Part shown: in pieces, positions 1-10,731 of the stretch
Position numbering within the stretch: position 1 is the stretch's first letter
Layout of the letters: every line of letters starts with the position of its first letter
From: a virus
Length of the DNA stretch: 64,000 nucleotides
IMG/VR virus record: IMGVR_UViG_3300034062_006954
Coordinates: 1 to 64,000 of that record
Direction: 5' to 3' (one strand)
The notes under the pieces: model-generated
What the model saw: only the letters and a program-made list of their open reading frames with translations
Databases searched by the model: none
What the model was told of the DNA's origin: nothing
Position numbers and translations under genes: made by a program

Positions 1-843
1 AATATTTTTAAAATATACAAAAACGATATCAAATGTATTATTCATACTGCGGCACAACCCTCACATGATTGGGCAGCAAAAGAACCTTTAACTGACTTTA
101 CAATTAATGCTAATGGAACACTTAATTTATTAGAATTAACTAGATTATATGTCAAAGAAGTACCATTTATTTATACTAGCACAAATAAAGTCTATGGGGA
201 TAATCCTAATAAATTACCCCTTATTGAAACTGAGTTTAGATATGAAATTGATTCTAACCATCCATTTTTTTTAAATGGTATTGATGAGAGTATGTCAATT
301 GATTACACCAAACATAGTTTATTTGGTGTAAGTAAATTATCAGGTGATATTTTAGTTCAAGAATACGGGAAGTATTTTAATATGAATACTGTTTGTTTTA
401 GAGGGGGATGTTTAACTGGGCCACAACATCAAGGAGCTGAATTACATGGATTTTTATCATACATTATTAAAGCGGCGATAGATAATACACCTTATACTAT
501 TTTTGGTTATAAAGGCAAACAAGTTAGAGACAATATACATAGTTTTGATTTAGTTAACGCTTTTTGGCATTTTTTTCAAAACCCAAAAATGGGTGTTGTT
601 TATAATATTGGTGGAGCAAGAAAAAATTCCATTTCAATTTTAGAAACAATAAACTTCATTTCAGAAAATTATGGATTAACATTAAATCATACAATATCTG
701 ATAAAAACAGAGAAGGTGACCATATTTGGTATATTTCAGATGTTTCTAAATTTAAAAATGATTATCCTAATTGGGATTATACTTTTTCTTTAAAAGAAAC
801 TTTAGATGACATATTCAAATTTAACAAACAAAAAAATCAATAA
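1..843 (+). CDS. NAD-dependent nucleotide-sugar epimerase (CDP-paratose 2-epimerase-like), 5' truncated by window
   Basis: Frame open from base 1 ([16 protein letters not shown]...[10 protein letters not shown]...STNKVYG) into the tracked ORF 292..843 ([21 protein letters not shown]); extended SDR motifs. Confidence 0.85.
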   Translation, partial: NIFKIYKNDIKCIIHTAAQPSHDWAAKEPLTDFTINANGTLNLLELTRLYVKEVPFIYTSTNKVYGDNPNKLPLIETEFRYEIDSNHPFFLNGIDESMSIDYTKHSLFGVSKLSGDILVQEYGKYFNMNTVCFRGGCLTGPQHQGAELHGFLSYIIKAAIDNTPYTIFGYKGKQVRDNIHSFDLVNAFWHFFQNPKMGVVYNIGGARKNSISILETINFISENYGLTLNHTISDKNREGDHIWYISDVSKFKNDYPNWDYTFSLKETLDDIFKFNKQKNQ

Positions 844-848
844 ATTAA

Positions 849-1580
849 ATGGCAACAAGAAAAAAAACAACACAACCAACCTCACAGAATTCTGATGAAC
901 CCAAAAAAACAAGAAAGGAAATTATCTGTGAAATAATCAAAAAGAAATCAAAAGAAAAATTCTTATCTGACAATCAAAAAATTTATTATGAACTATTAAG
1001 TAAGAATCAAATTACAATTTGTTCAGGTCCCGCAGGTGTTGGGAAATCATATATTGCAATGAAGGCGGCCATTGATATTTTAGCTGATCCACAATCTCCA
1101 TATGAGAAGATTATAATTGTTAGACCAGCCGTTGAAGCTGAAGAGAAACTTGGGGCATTACCAGGTAACGTGGAAGAGAAACTTGACCCATACATCTTCC
1201 CATCCTATTACCTTATGAACAAAATCATAGGTAAAGAAGCAAGAGAAAAATTAAAAGAAATTGATGTTATTGAAGTATTTGCTTTGGCCTATATGAGAGG
1301 TATGAACATTGACAACTCAATTCTAATATTCGAAGAGGCACAAAACTCAACACCAAATCAAATGAAATTATTATTGACAAGGATTGGATTCAATAGTAAA
1401 TTCTTTATTTCTGGTGACTTAGAACAAACAGATAGATATAAAGATAAAACCCATACTGGACTTTATGATGCTATTAAAAAATTCAAAAATTTGGATGATG
1501 TTGGAATTTTTGAATTCAATTCTAATGATGTGGTAAGAAATCCATTAATTGGTAAAATCTTAAAAAGATACGAAGACTAA
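849..1580 (+). CDS. phoH: PhoH-like ATPase
   Basis: GPAGVGKS Walker A, RPAVEAEEKLGALPG, YMRG, EEAQN, SGDLEQTD, DVVRNPLI. Confidence 0.95.
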   Translation: MATRKKTTQPTSQNSDEPKKTRKEIICEIIKKKSKEKFLSDNQKIYYELLSKNQITICSGPAGVGKSYIAMKAAIDILADPQSPYEKIIIVRPAVEAEEKLGALPGNVEEKLDPYIFPSYYLMNKIIGKEAREKLKEIDVIEVFALAYMRGMNIDNSILIFEEAQNSTPNQMKLLLTRIGFNSKFFISGDLEQTDRYKDKTHTGLYDAIKKFKNLDDVGIFEFNSNDVVRNPLIGKILKRYED

Positions 1581-2234
1581 ATGAGAGTTGCTATTGATAT
1601 AAATGGTGTTTTAAGGGACACTATTGGGAAGTTTAAACAACTTTATGAAAAACATTTAATTGAGGGGAATACAAGTGATTTCTTCTTACCTACATACACT
1701 TTAGATATGTCAGGGAATACTGAATTAGAAGTACAATCTGAACCATTTGAATATAAATTAATTTCAGATGTAACAACTTTGAATTTGGAAAAACATTTTG
1801 CTTTTCAGAGTGAAGAAGAATTTTATTCATTTATGTATGAAGAGTATTGTATGGAAATATTTGGACACGCACCATCTAGTGAAATGACAACATTCAACGA
1901 TTTAAATAACATTTACCATAATTTGAGAAAAAGATGTGATTTTTTAATCATTTCGGATGAGATTGGGAAATCAAAACCCGCCTCATTATTTTTCTTATCT
2001 AAGTTTGGTTGTGAAATTGGAAAAATTCTTTTCTATTCAAATTTATCACGAAATATTATTTGGAGTGAATTAGATGTTTTACTTACAGCAAATCCTGACT
2101 TATTATTAAGTCATCCTGATAATAAATTAGTTATAAAGTTTAAAACTGAATATAATAAGGATATAAACAAATATTACTCTATTGATAAAATAGAAGAATT
2201 AGAAGAAATACTTAAAAATATCACACAATGTTAA
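1581..2234 (+). CDS. HAD-fold 5'(3')-nucleotidase-like protein
   Basis: N-terminal VAIDINGVLRD resembles HAD motif I but reads DxN instead of DxD. Confidence 0.5.
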   Translation: MRVAIDINGVLRDTIGKFKQLYEKHLIEGNTSDFFLPTYTLDMSGNTELEVQSEPFEYKLISDVTTLNLEKHFAFQSEEEFYSFMYEEYCMEIFGHAPSSEMTTFNDLNNIYHNLRKRCDFLIISDEIGKSKPASLFFLSKFGCEIGKILFYSNLSRNIIWSELDVLLTANPDLLLSHPDNKLVIKFKTEYNKDINKYYSIDKIEELEEILKNITQC

Positions 2235-2497
2235 AGATACTAGGTGAAAATTATTATTTCGATATTGATGCTATAGAAACTTATATTAATGTCGAACCAC
2301 CAGCAGATTTCTCAGGATTACCACAAAATCATATTAGTGTTGTAAAATATGAAATGGTAAAAATGATGATTGAAACATTAATTGTTGAGAATGAAGAAGC
2401 TGATGAAACTTTAGGAATGAAAAGCACAGAATTATCAATACCATTTAGATTGGCATTTAATTCATTACAATTTAAAAAATTAATAAATAAAATATGA
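2228..2497 (+). CDS. hypothetical protein
   Basis: Tightly coupled ORF within operon. Confidence 0.7.
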   Translation: MLKILGENYYFDIDAIETYINVEPPADFSGLPQNHISVVKYEMVKMMIETLIVENEEADETLGMKSTELSIPFRLAFNSLQFKKLINKI

Positions 2498-3552
2498 ATC
2501 AAGAACAATTATCAAAATTAGAACTATCCATTCAGAATATGAAGGATAAAAAATTGAGAATATTTTTTTTGGTACAAGATACCAAAGGGAATGCAAAAGC
2601 TTCAGTAGCTTACATTTATAGAATGGCGAAGTCTTTATCTGATGCAGGTTATAACCCCATAATGTTACACGAGAAAAGTGATTATATGGGAGTTTCACTT
2701 TGGCTTGGAGATGAATATGCTAACTTACCACACCAATCATTAGAGAATCAGAATTTACAAGTTGCACCTGAAGATTTTATAGTGTTACCAGAACTTTATG
2801 GTTTTGTTATGTCACAGATTACAAAATTACCTTGTGGTAAAATTGTATTATCTCAAGCATACGACCACATCTTAGAAACACTACAACCAGGTCAATCTTG
2901 GAATCAGTTAGGATTTCATAAATGTATTACCACTTCAGAATTACAAAAGGAATACATTACCAATCTTATGAGAAACACATCAACCGATGTTATCAAACCT
3001 TTTATATCTGATGAATTTTATCCATCATCAGTTCCACCAAAACCAACAATTGCAATCCACACTAGAGACCAAAGAGATACACTTAATCTAATTAAATCTT
3101 TCTATCTAAAGTTCCCACAATACAGATGGGTAACTTTCAAAGATATGAGAGGAATGTCAGTTAGTGAGTTTGCTAAAAATCTAAGAGAGTGTTTTATGTC
3201 TGTATGGATTGACGAAACAAGTGCTTATGGAACATTCCCATTGGAATCAATGAAATCTAACGTACCTGTGTTGGGATTAACACCGAACATTGTTCCTGAA
3301 TGGATGAATGAAGAAAATGGATTATGGGTAAATAACAAAAATCAAGTTGTTGATATTGTTGCCGATTTCTTACAAAATTGGTTGGAGGATAACATTTCTG
3401 AAAAAATTTATGAGGAGATGCAAAGAACTGTATCACAATTAAGTACAGAATCTGAATTTGATAAATCTACAATTTTCACATTCGAAGGTTACATAAACAA
3501 AAGATTAGAATCTTTCACAGAACAATTAAATAAATTAGAAGTTATAGAATAA
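2494..3552 (+). CDS. GT-B fold glycosyltransferase-like protein
   Basis: DFIVLPE N-domain and C-terminal SAYGTFPLESMKSNVPVLG matching the GT4 E-x-F-G-x-x-x-x-E-A-M region. Confidence 0.65.
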   Translation: MNQEQLSKLELSIQNMKDKKLRIFFLVQDTKGNAKASVAYIYRMAKSLSDAGYNPIMLHEKSDYMGVSLWLGDEYANLPHQSLENQNLQVAPEDFIVLPELYGFVMSQITKLPCGKIVLSQAYDHILETLQPGQSWNQLGFHKCITTSELQKEYITNLMRNTSTDVIKPFISDEFYPSSVPPKPTIAIHTRDQRDTLNLIKSFYLKFPQYRWVTFKDMRGMSVSEFAKNLRECFMSVWIDETSAYGTFPLESMKSNVPVLGLTPNIVPEWMNEENGLWVNNKNQVVDIVADFLQNWLEDNISEKIYEEMQRTVSQLSTESEFDKSTIFTFEGYINKRLESFTEQLNKLEVIE

Positions 3553-3553
3553 T

Positions 3554-4351
3554 ATGGAAAAATTTGATGTATCAATAATATTACCCCTTAAGTCCACAAC
3601 ACACGCTTGGTTTGAGGACTATTTTCAAAAAGCAATTACATCTTTACAAACACAGAAAGTTGGGATTAATGAACTAGTAATTGTTCATACAGATGAAACA
3701 ACACTTGTTGAATATTTGGATAGTTTTGATTTTGGTGATTTAAAAGTTGTAAAAAGTGTTTGGACTAAAGCCCCAAATTTTGCAGAACAAGTAAATCACG
3801 GAGTTAGAATCGCATCGTCTAAATGGATTTCAGTTTTTGAATTTGATGATGAGTATTCAAATATATGGTTTAAAAATGTGAAAACTTATTCAGAAGTTTA
3901 TAACGATGTTGACGTATTTTTACCAATTGTAATTGATACTGATGAAAAAGGTACTTTTGCAGGATTTACGAATGAAGCAACGTTTGCATTGAATATTACA
4001 ACTGAAGTAGGTTATCTTACTAATGATGTTTTACAAAATTATCAAAATTTCCAATTATCAGGATTGGTTATTAAAAAGTCAGCCTATTTGGATTATGGTA
4101 TGTTGAAAGCAACATTCAAACTTACATTTGGTTATGAGTTCTTTTTACGAATGACACATAATTCATTGAAGATTATGACCATACCAAAAATTGGTTACAA
4201 ACACACAAATCTAAGAGAGGGTTCTATTTTTTGGAATTACAAAAATGGTGAACAACCACTTACACCTGACGAAGTAAAATTCTGGATTGATGCCGCTAAA
4301 AAAGAATATTTCTTTATAGTTGATAGAGCAATAAAATATGAACCACAATAA
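3554..4351 (+). CDS. family 2 (GT-A) glycosyltransferase
   Basis: DVSIILP start, ELVIV, NHGVRIASSKWISVFEFDD (DxD-equivalent), EFFLRM. Confidence 0.8.
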   Translation: MEKFDVSIILPLKSTTHAWFEDYFQKAITSLQTQKVGINELVIVHTDETTLVEYLDSFDFGDLKVVKSVWTKAPNFAEQVNHGVRIASSKWISVFEFDDEYSNIWFKNVKTYSEVYNDVDVFLPIVIDTDEKGTFAGFTNEATFALNITTEVGYLTNDVLQNYQNFQLSGLVIKKSAYLDYGMLKATFKLTFGYEFFLRMTHNSLKIMTIPKIGYKHTNLREGSIFWNYKNGEQPLTPDEVKFWIDAAKKEYFFIVDRAIKYEPQ

Positions 4352-4356
4352 ATTAA

Positions 4357-5106
4357 ATGACAGAATTCGTAAGTTTCAGTGGTGAAACATTAGGCGAATC
4401 AAAAAAGAAAGGTAGAAAGGCTAAACAAACCAATTACTTTGATGTTAGAGAAGAAACGGCAGTAATAAATTATTTATCTGCCGTTTCATTTGAAGAAAAG
4501 AACAAAATATATAACGAATTTTTACAGAAACCTCTTGATAAAATGATATCTTCCATTATCAGAAGATATAAGTTATATAGAAAAGATATTGATTTTGAAG
4601 AGTTACATACCGATACCCATTCTTTTTTGATGACCAAAATTGATAAGTTTAAACCTTCGAAAGAGAAGAAGGCTTATTCGTATTTTGGTACAATATGTAA
4701 GAACTACTTAATGGGTCAAATTTTAAAAGACCAAAAAGAAATTAATAGAAAAATATCCTATGAGGATATTTCAACCGATTTAGAAAACGACTCCAACTTT
4801 GCATATTACATTGATAATGATGTTGTTGATTCTGAAAATATTATTGATGAATATTTAAAAGAATTGGAAAAAATACTCCAAGAAAAAAATTTAAACGAAA
4901 ACGAATTAAAGTTGGGGCAAGCACTTTATGAACTTTTTGAAAATTATGACAAAATATTTTTGGGTAACAATAACAACAAGTTTAATAAAAATGTAGTTCT
5001 TCTCTCATTGAGGGAAATGACCAATTTAAATACAAAAGAAATAAGGTCATCTTTGAAAAAATTTAAATTTGTTTACCAACAAGTGGTTGAGAAAATGATA
5101 AAATAA
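4357..5106 (+). CDS. phage sigma factor, T4 gp55-like late sigma candidate
   Basis: KIDKFKPSKEKKAYSYFGTICKNYL resembles sigma region 2 of gp55-type proteins. Confidence 0.65.
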   Translation: MTEFVSFSGETLGESKKKGRKAKQTNYFDVREETAVINYLSAVSFEEKNKIYNEFLQKPLDKMISSIIRRYKLYRKDIDFEELHTDTHSFLMTKIDKFKPSKEKKAYSYFGTICKNYLMGQILKDQKEINRKISYEDISTDLENDSNFAYYIDNDVVDSENIIDEYLKELEKILQEKNLNENELKLGQALYELFENYDKIFLGNNNNKFNKNVVLLSLREMTNLNTKEIRSSLKKFKFVYQQVVEKMIK

Positions 5107-5126
5107 TATAATAAATATTTATTGAT

Positions 5127-5501
5127 ATGGCAAGACCACAAAAAAAAGAAATAAATTTAACCAAAGAGTCAATGTTATCTTTGATGCAAGAAATCTACAA
5201 TGAACTTGTGGAACAAAGAAATACTGCTATAAGGATACAAAACAAGATGTTGACTATGATGAAAGAACCTGAAGATATGACTCTTATAGGTCCTGTAATT
5301 GAGAAACAACAAAAAATAGTGAATGATTGTGTTGAGAAAAAATTAGCCCTATCAAAATTACAAGCCTCTATTTGGGAAAAAACTAGTAACACTAAAGAAT
5401 CTTTCTCTATATCTGACATTGATGTTGATGACGAAATTATTAAAGATTTAATGGAAAGGGATATTAATACCAAAGATAATCTCTATAAAATGAAAAAATA
5501 A
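5127..5501 (+). CDS. hypothetical coiled-coil protein
   Basis: ORF preceded by ATATTTAT motif. Confidence 0.7.
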   Translation: MARPQKKEINLTKESMLSLMQEIYNELVEQRNTAIRIQNKMLTMMKEPEDMTLIGPVIEKQQKIVNDCVEKKLALSKLQASIWEKTSNTKESFSISDIDVDDEIIKDLMERDINTKDNLYKMKK

Positions 5502-7435
5502 TGGCATCATTAGATTTAGGTTTTGATTATGAAAAGATAAAGAAAAAAATACAAGCTACTCAGACTTATAAAGATCTGAAAGAGGAATATGATGCCAATT
5601 CTGAAGAAGCATCGAAAGAAAGAGAAAAAAGAAAACAAGATAGACAAAAGAAAATAAGTGATGCTAAAGCCGCAGCAAAGAAATTTCAAACTGATGTTAA
5701 AACTCAATTTGAACAACTCTTGGATATTAATAGTTTGACTGGTGGGAAAGCTTCAGGGTCAATTAGTTTTGTCAAAAAAGTTTTATTAAGAGCATTAAAA
5801 AATATTGAACCAAAACTTGGTGATATTTTATATGATGAAGCTATTAAAGCTGTTGGTTGTGATCAACAACAAACTTATGAAGATGGACAAATAATTGCCA
5901 TACCAGTAAGAGGACTTGATTTATTAAATTTACTAAAAAAAGAACCTGATAGTCCAGTTGGTAAAGTCTTATATGAAAAAGACCCCATATCAAATCCACA
6001 AACAATTCCCTTTTCATTAAACAGAGAATTATATAATAGAACACAAAATCCTGGTATCGAGTTTAGCCAAGACTTCAATAATTTTTATAAAGGAGCTTCA
6101 GGACAAGACTTGTTTGATATCAGATATGAAGAAACTTACAATAATATAACGGGTCCTTGGTTTATTGTTACTCTTAAAGGAAGGGCAAACAATGCTAATA
6201 GTATTTCACAATTTTTGGTTGATTATTATAAAAGTATAAAGTTAGTTGACTTTAACAATATTATTGCTGCCATAATGGAAGCACTTACGGGTGTATTATC
6301 TATTGCAGGTAATGTAGGAATCGGAGAAGCTGAAGACACCAATAAATTTTTCTTAATCATTCAAAGAATCTTAGGTTTATGTTTTGATAATGTCTCTGAA
6401 ATTGATGTAAGTGGTGTTGCAAAAGTTTCCGAACTGGATGTTATTGATGAATCCTTTTTTGAATTTTCGGATGTTGATTTAAGAAGAATTGAACAAAAAG
6501 TAGCAAACATTAAAAATGGTGTTGTAGAATTTGAAGATTGTGATAATGTAAAACTACCCGTAGATTTTGAAGGTATTCTTCGTGCTTTGGAAGGAATTAA
6601 TTTAGTTCCTGATAGTGATGCAATAAATGCTGCGAATCAAGTTACCACAACACTTACAGAAAATCCTGATTGGAATGGTTTTGGATTAAATGGTAACGCA
6701 AAACCAACTATTGATGGTAACTTTGTTAAATTAATGGCACAAGGTTTAGTTTTGTCTCTTTTATCTCCAAAAGTATTACTACCAATTTATACTATGTTGA
6801 TTTCTTTGGGGAATCAAGCATTAGTTTTAATCAAATCATTTGAAGAATTTGCAAAAAATTTCAAAAGATTTTTGGTTAATTTGATTTCAAAAATTGGTGC
6901 AATATTCGTTGAGGAACTTTTTGAATTAATTAAAAGAGATATAAAACAACTAGTACAAAGAGTTATTTCAGATATTGCAAAAGAAAAGAAAAATAAAATT
7001 GTAACAATAATATTAAAATTAATACAACTTTTATTAATCGTTTTTCAGTTTGTTAGTGATTGGAGAAAATGTAAAAGTGTAGTAGATGAACTTTTAAATT
7101 TACTAAATGTTGGGTCATCTGTAGCAGGAGATATCGCCTCTTTATTTACTAGTCGTGTTCCCCTACCTTTATTATATGCTTCTGAATTTTTAGGAGGTTA
7201 TTCAGAGTCTCGAGCTTTTATTGGCACGATTGAAGAATTTCAAAAATTGGGTATCCCAACTGGTGCTTTACCTGATGGTTCACCGAATTTAACTGTATTG
7301 TCTTTCTTTGGAATGATGAAAGCTATGGAGAGTGAAAAAAATCAAAACGGAAAAGTTCAAATAGCTTCAGGACCTTATGTTGTTACACCATCAGGACTAA
7401 CTGTCCCTAAAGATGATTTTGGAATTTATTTATAA
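5501..7435 (+). CDS. large hypothetical protein, probably virion-associated
   Basis: 644-aa ORF coupled to the baseplate-like gene cluster; hydrophobic helices in C-terminal third. Confidence 0.6.
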   Translation: MASLDLGFDYEKIKKKIQATQTYKDLKEEYDANSEEASKEREKRKQDRQKKISDAKAAAKKFQTDVKTQFEQLLDINSLTGGKASGSISFVKKVLLRALKNIEPKLGDILYDEAIKAVGCDQQQTYEDGQIIAIPVRGLDLLNLLKKEPDSPVGKVLYEKDPISNPQTIPFSLNRELYNRTQNPGIEFSQDFNNFYKGASGQDLFDIRYEETYNNITGPWFIVTLKGRANNANSISQFLVDYYKSIKLVDFNNIIAAIMEALTGVLSIAGNVGIGEAEDTNKFFLIIQRILGLCFDNVSEIDVSGVAKVSELDVIDESFFEFSDVDLRRIEQKVANIKNGVVEFEDCDNVKLPVDFEGILRALEGINLVPDSDAINAANQVTTTLTENPDWNGFGLNGNAKPTIDGNFVKLMAQGLVLSLLSPKVLLPIYTMLISLGNQALVLIKSFEEFAKNFKRFLVNLISKIGAIFVEELFELIKRDIKQLVQRVISDIAKEKKNKIVTIILKLIQLLLIVFQFVSDWRKCKSVVDELLNLLNVGSSVAGDIASLFTSRVPLPLLYASEFLGGYSESRAFIGTIEEFQKLGIPTGALPDGSPNLTVLSFFGMMKAMESEKNQNGKVQIASGPYVVTPSGLTVPKDDFGIYL

Positions 7436-7436
7436 T

Positions 7437-7649
7437 ATGGATAAAATAGAAAAAGCTGAGAAAGCCTTACAGATTATTAAGGAGTATAAAACACATTCAA
7501 ACAAAGATTTAATGTTTGTTATGGATTTTATACAAGAAGATTTTGATTTAACTAAAAACTCAATTATAAAACTAACGGAACATTTAGATAAATTGGAATT
7601 TACCTATAATACAATATTAAAGGAATACGAAAACAGAAATAAAAAATAA
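7437..7649 (+). CDS. hypothetical coiled-coil protein
   Basis: Start moved to MDKIEK just after upstream stop. Confidence 0.65.
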   Translation: MDKIEKAEKALQIIKEYKTHSNKDLMFVMDFIQEDFDLTKNSIIKLTEHLDKLEFTYNTILKEYENRNKK

Positions 7650-9238
7650 TGGACATAACCGCAGCTAACGAATATCAAATATTATTTCCTGGTATTGTAT
7701 ATGACAATGCTGATCCTATGATGGTGGGTAGATTAAGAATTATACCTGAGACTAGAAATTATAGGGATATAATTGATGCAATACCTGATTGGAACGAAGA
7801 AAAAGACAAATGGACAACCAAAGACCCAATTGTCTTCTTACCTCTTTTACCTTTCTATTTAAGTCAAGTCCCAAGTATTGGTGAATATGCTCATATTATC
7901 TATATGAACAAGAAATTCAAAAATGAGAGTCAATTTTATGTACAAGGTCCATTCTCATCCCCAATGTTGTCACCTTTTGAAAACTACCAAGGAGCAAAGA
8001 AATTTATGGCATCTGGTACAAGAATTTCTGATTCAAACTCATTGAGAAATCCACAAGATGGAAGTTACAAAGAAGGTACTGAAGGAATTTTTCCAAAACC
8101 TGGTGATAACGCCTTATTAGGTAGAGGTGTATCTGACATTGTAATCAAATCTGATGAAGTATTAATCAGGGCAGGAAAAACACCAAAATTAACTACGGGT
8201 CAATTACCAAGAGCAAACGATAAAAGAGCATTTATACAATTATCCTATTTTTCTCAAAAAGAAGAACAAGGAGAAAAGGAAACTCAAACTACATTAAAAG
8301 AAAATGTTCAAAAAATATCTAAAGTAATTGTTTGGGACATAAGAAACTTGGAAAATCAGGCTGATATGTTTAATGGGTCGGTCGGAATTTATAATATGAA
8401 TCCAAGTGATACTACTTATAATACTTCCAATTTTAAACCAAATACAATAACAAATCTTTCTGTTGGGACAAATCTAATTGGTCCTTTGGCTGAAATTGAT
8501 TTTGAAAATAAATCATTAGATGATGCTGTTTTTTTAATCAATAGTTTTGTTAGAGGTTTATTTTATGGGTATGTGAATGTTTCGGGATATACAATCAATC
8601 AATTTGTATTTTCAAATAGTTCGATTATGCCAGCATTCCCATATATTGTTACACCATCTAAAAATACTTATGAAGTTGGTAATTCATTTAACACAGCATC
8701 AACTATTAATGAGATTGCTGAACTTGCAAATTATAATACCTTCAGAAGTAGAATTAATGTAGTGGATGGAAGTCCTGAAAGTGGTTATTTCTTATTATCA
8801 GAAAATAGTAATGGGAGACCAAAATACGGACCTCAAGCTACACCAATTATAGAAACTATCTTTCCTTCAGTTTTCAGTTCAGAACCAGTAAGTTATGGTG
8901 TAATGGGAGCTCAAAAAATATATTTATTATCTCAGGATTCAACAAGTTCTAAAAAACAAATAAATTTACAAAATACAATATATGGAATACCTCAGGACAG
9001 ATTTGTTAGGGGTAATGATGCTATCCAACTTCTAACTTATTCGTCAGTAAGGGGTGAAGTTTTATTGGAGTTATTAAGAAAACTATGGGATTTTGTAAGA
9101 GGTCATGTTCATAATAAGTTGGGACTTGAACCACCAGTTGAACAAGCTGCAGGTAATGGTCAAACGAAAAACGAAATTACAGAACTATTCAATACTGCCG
9201 AAAAATTAATATTAAATCAAAATATTAGAATTAATTGA
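7649..9238 (+). CDS. baseplate hub/spike protein, T4 gp5/VgrG OB-fold-like
   Basis: N-terminal GIVYDNADPMMVGRLRI and PSIGEYAHI; PKPGDNALLGRG; C-terminal HVH spike-tip-like motif. Confidence 0.65.
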   Translation: MDITAANEYQILFPGIVYDNADPMMVGRLRIIPETRNYRDIIDAIPDWNEEKDKWTTKDPIVFLPLLPFYLSQVPSIGEYAHIIYMNKKFKNESQFYVQGPFSSPMLSPFENYQGAKKFMASGTRISDSNSLRNPQDGSYKEGTEGIFPKPGDNALLGRGVSDIVIKSDEVLIRAGKTPKLTTGQLPRANDKRAFIQLSYFSQKEEQGEKETQTTLKENVQKISKVIVWDIRNLENQADMFNGSVGIYNMNPSDTTYNTSNFKPNTITNLSVGTNLIGPLAEIDFENKSLDDAVFLINSFVRGLFYGYVNVSGYTINQFVFSNSSIMPAFPYIVTPSKNTYEVGNSFNTASTINEIAELANYNTFRSRINVVDGSPESGYFLLSENSNGRPKYGPQATPIIETIFPSVFSSEPVSYGVMGAQKIYLLSQDSTSSKKQINLQNTIYGIPQDRFVRGNDAIQLLTYSSVRGEVLLELLRKLWDFVRGHVHNKLGLEPPVEQAAGNGQTKNEITELFNTAEKLILNQNIRIN

Positions 9239-9261
9239 TATTTATGTATTAAAGAACATAA

Positions 9262-10728
9262 ATGTCTATTAACAAATCTTATTTCAGTAGAAATAACACA
9301 ATAATTTCTAATAGTTTTACAAACACAGGTAGAAATCCAGTAACAGAAATTTTTTATGGGGCAACAGCCGTTTCCCAATATCCAAGCGGATATAGTAGAT
9401 TTATTTTTGATTTGGATTTAGGTCTATTACGTGAAAAATATGAAAATGGAACAATAACAAAAACTTGCCCAAGTGGTATGACTCATACCCTAAGGATGAC
9501 CAATACATCTACATTTGACTTAGAATTGTTGAATACATCAACTTCTCAGGCAAGACAAAGAGCAACATCGTTTGATTTAGTTTTATTCAGAATTCCTTGG
9601 TTTGATAATAATTCACAATTTCCTCAAATATGGGATGAAGGTGTTGGTTATGATTATGCGGATTTATTATATGAATTTTCAGAATTCGACAAAAATTTTT
9701 CCAACAGACCATCGAATTGGTTTCAAAGAACAACATTAGATACGTGGGAAACACCTGGTTTATATTCTAATAAAAATACAGGAACAACACCATATACAGG
9801 TATCACAATAATTGATACCCAACATTTCGAATTCGGTAACGAAAATATTGAATTCGATATGACAAATGAAATAAATGATATCCTCAATGGAACATTAACA
9901 GGTGTTACAGGTTGGGGTGTAGCATATTTACCTCAATTAGAACTACTTGAGGGTTTATCCGATACCTATGAGGTACAATTCTTTACTAGACACACTCAAA
10001 CTTTTTACGAACCATACCTTGAAACATCATTTGATGACTTAATTGAAGATGATAGAAATAATTTCACTTTAGGTAAAGTCAATAAACTATATCTCTACTT
10101 GTATCAAAATGGCAACCCAATCAATTTAGATACATTGCCTGTTGTATCAATTCTTGATAATTCAGGTAATGTAATATCTGCCTTATCCGCAATCACTGCT
10201 TGTCAGAGAACACAAGGTGTGTACGAAATATCAGTCCCACCATTAATTGGTTATAAAACACCTTGTACCTTTTCAGATAGATGGACAGGTCTAACTTATA
10301 ATGGATTCCCTCTACCAAATGTTCTAAATGATTTTATCCTCCAACCATTCAAAAACTCATTTACAATTGGTACAAACTCAATTGACCCCAAAATATATGG
10401 GTTTGATTATTATGGTATCAAACAAGATGAAAAAATATTCAATACTGATGTTAGAAAAGTTGGGGTTATTATCAAACAAGCATATACAACGAATAGATTA
10501 TTACCAAAAGTAAGTGCTTATTATCGTGTATATGTAAGAGAAGGTCAAACTGAAGTACAAGTTCAAGATTGGACAGCAATTAATAGGACTCCAAATGAAT
10601 ACTATTTCATTTTTGACACTAGAGATAAAATACCTAATGAATATTACATCGATATTAAAGTTGAAAGTAGTGGTGAGGTTAATACTTATAAGAGACAAAT
10701 AAAATTTCAAATTATAAATTACAAATAA
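9262..10728 (+). CDS. beta-rich putative virion structural protein
   Basis: NTGRNP...SRFIFDLD...WDEGVGYDY pattern typical of large-phage structural proteins; ATATTTAT upstream. Confidence 0.55.
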   Translation: MSINKSYFSRNNTIISNSFTNTGRNPVTEIFYGATAVSQYPSGYSRFIFDLDLGLLREKYENGTITKTCPSGMTHTLRMTNTSTFDLELLNTSTSQARQRATSFDLVLFRIPWFDNNSQFPQIWDEGVGYDYADLLYEFSEFDKNFSNRPSNWFQRTTLDTWETPGLYSNKNTGTTPYTGITIIDTQHFEFGNENIEFDMTNEINDILNGTLTGVTGWGVAYLPQLELLEGLSDTYEVQFFTRHTQTFYEPYLETSFDDLIEDDRNNFTLGKVNKLYLYLYQNGNPINLDTLPVVSILDNSGNVISALSAITACQRTQGVYEISVPPLIGYKTPCTFSDRWTGLTYNGFPLPNVLNDFILQPFKNSFTIGTNSIDPKIYGFDYYGIKQDEKIFNTDVRKVGVIIKQAYTTNRLLPKVSAYYRVYVREGQTEVQVQDWTAINRTPNEYYFIFDTRDKIPNEYYIDIKVESSGEVNTYKRQIKFQIINYK

Positions 10729-10731
10729 TAT

